DNA from: Takakia lepidozioides
Lineage: Eukaryota; Plantae; Bryophyta
Reading direction: 5' to 3'
Length of the DNA: 64,000 bases
NCBI GenBank assembly: GCA_030704615.1
Contig: CM060733.1
Span: forward strand, 50,964,001-51,028,000
Below are positions 49,385 through 61,300 of the stretch, one piece after another. Made by a program: the position numbers and the translations under genes. The first letter of the stretch is position 1. Each line of letters starts with the position of its first letter. The notes beneath the pieces were generated by a model. The model did no database searches and was not told where the DNA came from. It worked only from the letters and a program-made list of their open reading frames with translations.

Positions 49385-52300
49385 CTAGTCAAAGATGTCT
49401 TGTGCCTCGATGATACTGTGCTGGCTGCAACAAAACCAAAAGAGAAGAAAGAAAGAATCAGTACAACGTCAACAACGGCTTCAAGAGGGCCCATGGAACA
49501 AAATAGAACAACAAGAAACCCATATCAAAATACATGCAACGTTGTCCACAAGAAGGGCCTCATGCAGAAAATCTGCCAGACACTTTGGGAGAGAGAAAAA
49601 GTCTGAGGGGATTGAAGAAGAAAAGGAGACGGCATTTATAACATCCATGCAAGGCCTGAGGACCCCTTCGACTTATAGAAAAACACAGTAAAATAACAGG
49701 AACCAAATCAACCCCAAAAATGTTGAGAGAAAGGAAGAACTTCATAACCTCCACCAGGCCCATGGGACAAAGTACAACAACAATACAAAAACCAAATAAA
49801 GAACAGCCACAGCCCAGGGCCAGGGCTCATTTGACTTTGCTTCTTGCATCACCTAAGCAGGAAGAGAGGTCTTGGAGTAAAGTGTGGTAGAGACTCCTTT
49901 AAGGTCTGGATACTTTCTTTTGCGTCACCCCCCAACCAAAAAGTGGCTGTTTGACACCGTCGTCAGCCCTGCTACCATCTATGGTTGTGAGTTCTGGGCA
50001 CCTGGTGTTCCTGTCTCCTGGTGGGAAAAGAATCTGGAACCATTGCAATCATCTTTTCTCCAAGCAATGCTTGGCGCCAGAAGCACAACTCCATCTCATA
50101 TCCTAGGTGCAGAGTTCGCATGCGTACCATTGGAAACCGAAGCCCTCTTCCGGCTTCCAATCTTTCTCCATAGATTACAGGCCCTTCCACCCAAGGGGCT
50201 CGTGGCAAGAGCCCTTGCAACATCTATGAGGCTCAAAGCTACAGGTTTCAGGCACTCCTGGTATGCCCGAGTGGACAGTTTATTTCAGCGCAACGGACTC
50301 TCTACTGCTTCCCTATTACCATTGAATCCAGAAGGGGTGGACATCACATCCAGACATGATCGCAACAGACTCATTAGGAGAGAGCTTATGGAATTACATG
50401 TCAAGAGAACTTGGAAGCTACCCAATCTCACGACAAAGCTCCACTTCTATCGAGAGACATTCTTGGTGCTCCGCGATGATAGAATCTTGAGACCAAATTA
50501 CCTTTCAGCATCCTTATCTCCTTCCTTCCTGAGGGCATTGGGGCGGTTCAGGGTGGGTTCCCACAACCTACGGATAGAGACTGGCAGATGGGAATACCTG
50601 CAACGGGAGGACCGCTATGTCCAGCTTGCATAGGGCACAGCAAGGAAATTAAAACTGAAGAACACTTCTTCTTCTACTGCCCTCTATACTACGAGATCCG
50701 TGGGAGATTCCACTGTTTATTCAGTGGAACCCAAACTCTCACTGATGTCTTCCACTATGAGGATCAAAAATGCTTGGCAGCCTACCTGCACGAGGCCTTC
50801 ACCCTTAGACAATTGCTAGAACATTAATTGTGGTTTCTGGTTTTGTTTCCACTCTCATGTTTTCATCCATTTCGTCCCATAAGCTCTATGAGCTTTCCGC
50901 GGACGTTATAAAGCACCATTTCATTTCATTTCATTTCATTTCATTGCATTTCTGGACCTCTTCCTCTGAGAGAATGTACTCAAACGACATTGTTTGCCAT
51001 AGCCTTGTGGCCATTGACCTCGCGCCCAGTTTGAGTTGAACACAAAGGGACAAAAACTACCTTTGTCAAGGGATGATGCCAGTAGTATGACTTACCTTGG
51101 AACGGACAATTGATCCGAGTTTTCCAGATATCCTCTAGAAATCTCTTTACACAAGCATCAATCTGCTGTGTGCGATTTGCCCAATAACTAGGCCCCAAAA
51201 GGGCCTAGGCTTTTGGCTCAGCCTCGAGATTCTCAAGGTTGGTATACAAAGGTACAAGCACAAATCCCTTGATGGATTTGAAGAGGGCATCTCTCTCGTC
51301 AGAGTACCCAAGACAATGAATCAGAAAATGAATCTGGCCTTCAGGTTGCCCACACGCATTTGCAATCCCCCTTTACCTCTTCCTCTGAGAGAGAGAGAGA
51401 GAGTACGCATAAGATGTCGTTTGCCGTAGCCTTGTGGTCATAGACCCCGCACCCAGTTAGGGGTGGAACAAGAGGGAACAGGTCTTACCTTTGTGAGGGG
51501 ATCACTCCAGTAGTGTGAATTACCTTGGTATAGACAATTTGTTTGGGCTTTCCAGATTCCCTCTAGAAAGCCCTTCACACAAGCATCAATCTGCTGTATT
51601 ATCTGCCCAGCAGATAGACCCCAACAGGGCCAGAGATTTGGTAAGCTGCTGAACGGAGGTGCAGGGACTATGTTCATAATGTTCCTGAAGAGGGTCGCTC
51701 GCTGATGAGAATACCCTGGATATAGTATCAGAAAAGGGATATTGTCTTCAGGATGGCTGCACATCAGGTAATTACAATCTCCTTATCTCTCTGCATTGTT
51801 TATTGTTTGAAGGTAGGCTTCCTGCCCTGAGTTTAAGTTTCAGTCTAGTGCCAAGGGTAGGTAGGCCCTTCAGATCATCCTTAGGGTCCTCACGTCCTCA
51901 CCCATGTCACAGACTGGAAACAATTTCAGGGAAGTTTTATGCCTAAATATTCTCATCGGACAGTCTTCGGGCATCTGACATGGCATTAGACACTGCAACC
52001 TCCAGGTCAGCTTCATCTAGCAAGGTCAACTCTTCTGAGCTAGTATTCAAATACTTGAAAATCTTTTCTACCCTTTTCCGCCAGGACTTTGCCTGTTTAA
52101 CAGGATGGTCTTGCTTCCAACAAATAGAGTCGATAATCTCAGGGTATGTGGTACTAGTGATACAATTCAACTGACCCCTCCATTGACGTTGAACTCATCA
52201 CGTCGAGAGCTTAAGGGAGGTATGCCAAATCGCCCCAAACAGCTACGTTAGCTGTTCTAGAGCACACTGACATGCTCTCTTTGAGCACTGCAACCTGAAT

Positions 52301-55300
52301 GGATCAAAGAGATATAGCATGGTTGGACAAATGGAAGATGCATACTCCAAGGCAGGCCTAATAATATTGCCAAGCAAGGTCCTTTCGACTTCAGTATTTA
52401 TCCCTCTGCAGTGGAAAAATTTAGTGAGACCCAAAGCTTTGCGTTTATCTGTTTGAACCACTTTCTGTATATGTGCGTTCGAGTTGGAACTGGAGGAAAA
52501 CTCAACACCAAGATATGTGTAGGAAGGGAGCACAGGGATCAGTTGACTTCCCCAAGTCCCATTTGAGATCCCCTCCTCCCTCCCCACGATTATTGAATAA
52601 TGAGCCCTCTTTCCTGTGGAAGGAACATACAAAAGAGGGTATTTTAGGTGAGTCTATGCATGAACGCCCAGTGCCAGTGCCCAATTGCTAACGTTGCCTT
52701 CAAGGCTCCACAAGTCAAAGTACCTATTTGTGCAATCAATCAACTACTGAAGATCGGATGGGGAATCCCCTAGGCCTGCAAAGTCATCTGCAAACTTAAG
52801 AGCGGGAGAGCTGGAATAGTGGCATCATCTACCTTTAACCCAAACCCTCGCTTTGCACATCTGCAAGTAACTGCTTAATGAAAACATTGATTTAGTGGAG
52901 AGAGGGTACAGCCTTGAGCTACACCTTGGTCCATATCAAAAAAGTTAGACTTCTGTCCATTGACCGTGACCCAGCTTTTGGTGTTCGCGTACAGGTTATG
53001 AACCATCCTCCACATCTTTCCCCTGATCCCAGAAGACCACAGGCGAAGCCGCAACCCACATCCAGGAAAAAGACAAAAGTGGGATTTCCTTCTGTTTTCC
53101 TTCCCTGGATAATCTGGCTTAGTGCGAAGATATGGTCAATGCAGCCCCTATTCTCTGAAAGCCAGCCTGGTCTTCATGGAAAACACCTCTAGACTCCAGA
53201 TTAACCTTGAGATGGGTACTTGTTAGCCTACAAATAGCTTGCCAACTGCGTTAAGAAGCATGATGCCGTGCTAGCGTGAGAGAGAGAATGTACTCATAAG
53301 ATGTTTTTGGCTGTAGCCTTGTGGCCATAGACCCCCACGCCCAGTTTGTGTGGAACTAAAGGGAATATAAACTACCTTTGTGACGGGCTCACTTTGGTAG
53401 TGTAACTCACCTGGTAAAGACAATTAGTTTGGGCTTTCCAGATATCCTCTAGAAAGCTCTTCACACAAGCATCAACCTGATGTGTGTGATCTGCCCAGCA
53501 ATTCAATCCCAAGAGGGCCATGGCTTTAGGCTCGGCCTCAAGATTTTGAAAGTTGGGGAACAGAGGTGCAGGGACAATGTCCATGATGTTCCTGAAGAGA
53601 GTCATTCTCTGGTGAGAGATAGCAATAAACAGAGAGAGAATGTACTCATAAGACGTTGTTTGCCGTAGCCTTGTGGCTATTGACCCCGTGCCCAGTTTGA
53701 GCGGACCACAAAGAGACAGAAACTACCTTTGTCAGGGGCTGACGCCGGTAAGTATGACTTACCTTGAAACAAACAATTGATCCAAGTTTTCCAGAAATCT
53801 TCTAGAACTGCCTTCACACAAACATCAATCCGCAGTGTGTGATTCAGGATTTTCAAAGTTGGTAACACAGAGGTACAGGAACAATTCCCTTGAATAAACA
53901 GAGAGAATGTACTCATAAGACGTTGTTTGCCGTAGCCTTGTGGCCGGTGACCCCGCGCCCAGTTTGAGCGGAACACAAAGGGACAGAAACCTTTGTCAGG
54001 GGCGGACGCCGGTAGTATGACTTACCTTGGAACAGAGAATTGCTCCGAGCTTTCCAGATATCCTCTAGACACCCCTTTACACAAGCAGCAATCTGCTGTG
54101 TGTGATTTGTCCAATAACACAGAGAGAGAATGTACTCATAAGACTTGTTTGCCGTAGCCTTATGCATGACCCCACACTCACTTTTGAGCGGAACACAAAG
54201 GGACAGAAACTGCCTTCCAACAGACAATTGATCCAACACACAGAGAGAGAATGTACTCATAAGACGTTGTTTGCCGTAGCCTAACACACAGAGAGAGAGA
54301 GAGAGAGGTACTGGTCATCTTTGAAAATGCGATAGTAACGTTCCGCATGCTGGCGTTGTCCAATAAGCTGCGCAAACCTTTCATCATGTGTGATCACAAT
54401 CAGCTGGAAATTCTCTTGCCCTCTACGGTCCTCTATTATTCTGCAAAGCACATCACGTGTACCTTGCTCAAGTTCTCCTCCCACTCATCCAGATATACAC
54501 TTGCTAAGTCTGTCCAATAAGCAGGTTGCTACAGACCCTTAAGAATCAACCGTGCATTTGGGGCACAATTGAGGCAAGTAGACTTGCAAGAGGACAAGCC
54601 TGTCAGTGAAATATGATACCTGAGGAGTGCTGCTGCCAAGCTTTCAGAATTGGGCTTGTCGAGATTCGTAGTGGGCTCATCCAGCGCCAAAATGCCACAG
54701 TTTAGACAAAATGTCTCAGCCAATGCTAGCCTGATGATGAGTGAGGCTAGAACCTACAAACCGCCATGGAAACAAATAATCACAAAAAATATTACAATAG
54801 TGAAGGGCTGTTAATCAAGTTTCAAACCTGGGTATCCGCATTACTTGCCCTGATTTCAATACTAAGCTCTTGAGTTACTTCTATCAGCTCCACCGGTTAT
54901 GATGTCTTTCTGTTAATAGTGAACGAGAACACATCCAATGCATCCAAAGAGCTGAAATAAGAGATTTCCCTCGGTGTTAGATGGCATTCAATTGTGAGAT
55001 GAAAAGCTTTGGCAGACAACCTTTTGACCCGCACTGCAGCGCCCTCGCATCTCCAACTCAGCATCTCCACTTCGCATTACCACCTGCTCCACGAAGAGAC
55101 AGACAGTAAGTCCCATTGAACCATTGTACACAACATAAAAACATATCTATGCAATGAAGGCTTTTACTGTATCATACGCACTCATGACAATCCATTGGAA
55201 TGGCTAATGCCAGCACAGGAAGGATAGCCAATAACACTATCAGTAAACCCCACAATCATATTATTGGTTGAGGTCTATGCACTCCAGAAGACCAAAAATC

Positions 55301-58300
55301 TCCAGGTTTCTTCAGACTTTCGCCAGCCACAAGTCATCCATGTGGTTTGGGTCCTTATCTTAGGCAATCTGGTATGCTCTTCCTCTTTGTACTTTCTCTC
55401 TCAGTGTTGGTCCTAGAAACTGCTGCTTGGTTCCTTGAAAACGTGGTAGAGAGTATACACTCATGAGAAACATGTAGAGAGAATGTACTCATAAGACGTT
55501 GTTTGCCATAGCCTTGTGGCCATTGACCCCGCACCCAGTTTGAGCGGAAACCAAAGGGACAGAACCTACCTCCGTCAGGGGCTGACGTTGGTAGTAAGAC
55601 TTACCTTGATACATAGAATTGATCCGGGTTTTCCAGATATCTTCTAGAAATCCCTTCACCCAAGCATCAATCTGCTGTGTGTGATTTGCCCAAAAACTAG
55701 GCCTCAGAAGGGCCTGGGCTTTTGGCTCAACCTCGAGACTTTCAAAGTTGGTAAACAGAGATTCCCTTGATAGATTTGAAGAGAGCGTCTCTTTGGTGAG
55801 AGAACCCCGGACAGTGTATCAGAAAATGAATATTGTCTTCAGGTTGCCCACACAGCGGGCAATTGCACTCTCCCTTTCCTCTCTGCTTCTGTTTGCTGTA
55901 GGGAGAAAGAGAAAGTAAGGAACAATGTATGCTCCCTTGCAGACTCTACCACGTACATACCTCGATTTTCTTCAGTTCTACAGTCAATGATAGCTAGTGG
56001 TCAAGGGATAGAACTCTCACTGACCCGGTAGCTGTAAGAGCGTGTCCCCTGGCCCTCTGAATCTGATCGAATCTCAATAAAGTCAATGTCATGGCCTCTG
56101 TATGTCTGCTGCCATAGTTCTTTGATCAATTTGTTGATTTCCTCCATCTTCATGGAGTGGAACTGCATCAATGCTCTGCACAGTGAAAAAGAGGAAAACT
56201 TGGTATGCACAACATTCCGACATCCCCTGACCTTCAATATGCTATGGCTATGCAGAGATTTAAGAGTAGACAACAACAATAGCAACGTTACCGTGATTAT
56301 CCTAGAAGCGGTCTCCTTGGCCTTGCAGTTCAAAGATTTGACATTACCTAGAAGTTGATATCATCACATCACCTTTATGGATGTACAACCTTAAATTTGG
56401 AGCATGACAATTTCCATGATTAAAAGGATATGGCATTGAGCAAGGTACCATGTATGTAAATGACAGTCACTCTTCCTTACTCATGCTAACATTCACTCCA
56501 GGTCACACCTCTGGGCTTCAAGTTTAACAGTGGCAGTGTGCAATTGAATGGGCAAACCTGTCAAGGGCGTTGTAGTACTTGTCCAGATCTTTGTTTGCCA
56601 TCTCAGTCGTCTGCGTCAAATACGAAACATTATCTTAATGTGACAGGATACATACCTACCAATTTGCACGAGCCACGCTTCAATAAAATTATTCAATAAT
56701 GGCCCCCCAAGACAGCATAAAACCTGTATTCAGCCATCCATTCAGCCAGCTTCACATGTGACGATATTGACATTGAAAGCTGATGCTAAGAAAAGCCCAC
56801 ATAGCAGATGAAATATGTGAGCACAGCATACCAACACAACTAACAACTTCAGTCTGCTGAAGTTGAAGGGTCTTCACCGTGAGATGAAGACGGTCACGGC
56901 GAAGAGCCTTGTTGTTAGTTGAAGCCGGTCTTCACCAAGAGATGGTTCAAAATATATTGTATGGATTATCCCTCATATTTAGAGTCAGTGAGGGTCAACA
57001 TCGGATCACGAGGCCACTTTAAAGAGGAGATAAGGAAAACAGGTGTGGATAGGAAGGGGGATGAGACAAGGTCCATACCACAGCAGCTCAAGGCCAGACA
57101 GCTACCACCTCAAACAACAGACCACACAGAGGAACAGATTTAACCATTACCTTCAGTTGGATGAGCTGACTGCAATAGCGTTTATCAATGTCTTTGTACT
57201 GTGACTGTCGCAAATCGACCTTGTTGCGAGCCACGTTGCTCTCATATACTGCAATGGTCCCTTGGCTCCTATTAAGCTGTCAGGCAACAATGGCGAAAGT
57301 TGATTGAACTCAACTAAGTTGGACGGATCAGAGCAGTACTCATGTCTCTCTCTACACCTCTCCTTTTCTGTGTTGTGGGCAGTCCAGATCAATCATCGAC
57401 ATATTGTGTATGTTAGAAGTCAGCTCAGATTTAGTTAGCTAGGGTTCTGTTAGGGTTTTTTGACGGCTAGGGATAGTTCTACCAGAAGGTTCCAGCCACC
57501 AGAAGTTTCTAGAGAACTCATGTAGGATTTAAGAGAAAGGCTGAGGCAATACCCAGCACTTCTTCTAGCATTTTGGATGTGCTATCCTAGTAGATTGCAG
57601 AGAGAGGAGGAGGAGAAGTCCAGCATCTACTTTTGTAAGTTCTTTTCTTTTGCAGTAAGGAGCATTCTTGTTAGGACTGACACTTCTTGTTAGTACTAAC
57701 TCTTTGGTTGGTTTAGGCTGTCAGTTTTTGTACTGCTGCTTGTGCTAGAAGCTATCTGTCAATATCACTAGGAGGTAGAGGACAGGTCTAGTTTCCAACA
57801 GGTTATGGGCCCACAAGACGTTACAACTACTTGGACAGTTGAGCCACTGGATGGCAACAACTATAAGAGTTGGATCTACACGATGCAGCTCCTGCTCTCT
57901 TCAAAGAGCCTATGGTCAATAGTGCTAAAAAGCCTTCAGAGGATAACCTGAAGGAGGAGAGATGGATCCAAAAGAATGAGCTTGCAATGGCAGCTCTAGT
58001 CACAAACATGAGATCAAAGCTGGTAGTTTTGGTAAGGAATCTTACAACTGCTCATGAGGTCTGGCAGACCTTAAGTGAGGTGTATGAGGCAGATGCGATG
58101 GGGAAAGCATATGTCCTATGGGAACAGCTCATGGACTTGAGAATGAGAGAAGGTGAGAGTGTAGCCATTCACATTGCCACTGTTAAAGCCATGTGTCTGG
58201 AGATAATTGATGCGGGAGAACCCATGACTGAATCACTTCAGATCATGACCTTGTTTGGCACCTTGCCAAAGAGTTATGACATGGTGGAAACTGCATTGGC

Positions 58301-61300
58301 TACTCATGGTAAGAGTAGACTGAGTTGGAAGTATGTCACTTCACAACTCATCATGGAAGAAAGCAAGCTGACTAGGGGTAGCTCAAGTATGGACAATGCC
58401 CTGACGGCTACTTCCATCAAGAAAGATGGAGCATGTTTCCGATGCGGCAAATTTGGGCATTTCCAGAAGGACTGCAAAGTGAAGATTGACAAGCCCAAGA
58501 AGGACAAGTGGAGACCAAGGAAAGGGAAGTCTGTACATGCACATGTCGCTGACATGGGCAATGACAGTGAAGTTCACTTGTTTATGGCAGATGCAGCTTA
58601 CAGTCGTGATGAAGACTACCTGCTGACTACTGAAGGAGAACACTGTGGAGATGAGTGGTATTTGGACTCTGGAGCTACTAACCACATGTGTGGGAGGAAG
58701 GAGTTGTTTCACAACTTGAAACCCATTCAGCCTAGGAGCGTAAAGATGGGCAACAAGACGTTTTCTGTAAGTACGATGATAGAAATCCGTGTCAACTTTA
58801 TCAGAAAAGAATGTAAGGTTACCCGTTGTACCCTTCAGAAAGTCCTATATGTGCCAGACTTGGCAAAGAATCTGATCTCTGTTAGTACCTTGGATGAGCT
58901 TGGGTATGATGTCATTTTCAGAAACAATGCTTGCAGCATCCAGAAGGGCAACGAGGAACTCTGCTATGGAGTGAAGGAGCAGAGACTCTACAAGCTTTTG
59001 AGTACATCTGGAACTCAGGAGGAGGCCAATGTTGGGGACACAATGGACACTGCACCATTGTGGCATAGAAGGTTGGGTCACTTGGGGACACAAGCGATCA
59101 AGGATCTTCAAAAGTTGGCGTTGGGATTGAATGTGGACTGGTCACATGAGCTACAGTTCTGTGAAGGATGTGCTAAAGGGAAACAGCACAAGTCATCAAT
59201 GCCCAAGGAATCTGCCACAAGAGCCAAGGAGAGGCTGGAGTTGATACACACAGATGTGTGTGGCCCCATGAAGACAACATCACTGGGAGGATCTAGGTAC
59301 TTTGTCACCTTCACTGATGACATGAGTAGAAAGACTTTCTTATATCCCTTGAGAGAGAACCAGCTGGACCTCAAAGTCAAGGTTCTGAGGAGCGATGGTG
59401 GGGGGGAATTCCTAAATCAGGAATTCAAAAACTATCTTGCTGAGAAAGGCATAAAGAGCCAAGTAACAGCGAGGGACAGTCCAGCCCAGAATGGAGTGGC
59501 AGAGAGATTAAACAGAACACTGGTTGAGAAGGCTAGATGTATGCTACAGACCTCAGGCCTTGGACCAGAGTTTTGGGGAGAGGCGATCAGCACTGCCACC
59601 TATCTGAAAAATTTGAGTCCCACGCGAGCTTTGAAAGACATGACTCCAGAGGAGGCGTGGAGTGGGAAGAAGCCAAACCTGAAGCATCTAAGAGTTTTTG
59701 GTTGTGCTGCTTATGCATTGATACCTGACGAGCAAAGGAGCAAGTTGGATGCCAAGTCAGAAAGATGTATCTTCATTGGGTATGATCTGGGTTGCAAGGG
59801 GTACAAGGTCTACAATCCTAGAACCAAGAGGTCAATCAGGAGTAGAGATGTCCTGTTTGATGAGGATAATTTTGGGAAGGAGACAAAGCCCAAGGACCTG
59901 TCCGTTCCTGTGATAATCCCTGATGTGGGAGAAAAAGAAAGGGAACAACCAGTACTAAAGGTTTACACTCGAAGAGAGACGGTGGCGAAGAAACCAGAAG
60001 AGGATGAAGATTCTGAAGATCGGGATCCTATTGACAAGGATGGGGGGCCTAGAAGGTCAGGAAGGATCAGCAACCCCCCAGAAAGGTTTGGAGCTAATGT
60101 GGCAGAAGGACTGACTGGTCTGACTATGGATGACATAGGGCAGATGGAAAGTTGTTTCCATGCCCTTGATGATGCAGAGGAGCCAGCCACCCTCAATGAC
60201 GCTTTGGCAAGGGATGATGCCAATGAGTGGGAGGGAGCTGTACTAGAGGAGATGAAATCTCTAAAAGAAAACCAGACTTGGGAGCTGGTAACACTGCCTG
60301 GTGGTAGAAAGGCGGTAGATTGCAAGTGGGTTTTCAAAGTGAAAAGAGGACCCAACAATGAGATAGTGAAGTACAAGGCCAGACTTGTGGCCAAAGGTTT
60401 CACACAGACTGCAGGGCTTGACTACAATGAACCTTTTGCCCCGGTGGCAAAGTTCACCTCCATCCGATGTTTACTGGCATTGGCAGCGAAGCATGACTGG
60501 GAGATAGAACACATGGACGTGAAGACTGCATTCTTGAATGGGGATCTCCAGGAGGAGATCTACATGAAACAACCAGAAGGCTTCCAAGAAGGTGATAAGG
60601 TGTGTCGGCTCAAGAAATCGTTATATGGACTCAAACAGGCATCGAGGACATGGTATGAGAAGATCAATAGCTACTTGACAGGCCAAGGTTTTGTAAGGAT
60701 TACAGCTGATCAGAGCATTTACTACATGACATCAGGTGTCATGATAATAGCACTCTATGTGGATGACCTGCTACTGATCAGCGACAACAAGGATACCATG
60801 CGCAGGCAGAAGCATGATTTGAGTGAAACCTTTGAGATGGTTGATCTTGGAGCCGTGAACTACCTACTTGGAATTCAGATTCTGAGGGACAGGAAGGCGA
60901 GAACTATAAAGTTGAGCCAAGAGAGGTATGTCAGGAATGTTGTTGCGAAGTTTGGTATGCAGGACTGCAAACCAGCACCAACACCATTGGAAACCGGCTG
61001 CAAGCTGAGTAAGGAAATGGAGCCAAAATCTCCAAGTGAGATTGAGGAAATGGCTAAGGTTCCATATCAGCAAGCCATGGGATCTCTGATGTATGCAATG
61101 ATTGGCACCAGGCCAGACATTGCCTATGCAGTGGGAATGCTTAGTAAGTTCATGCACAACCCAGGACCTCAGCATTGGAAAGCACTCAAGAGGGTGATTA
61201 GATATTTGAAATGGACTGCGGATACATGTCTAACTTACAACAAGCAGGACACTGGAGCATCACTAGAAGGATACAGTGATGCAGATTGGGCAGGAGACAC

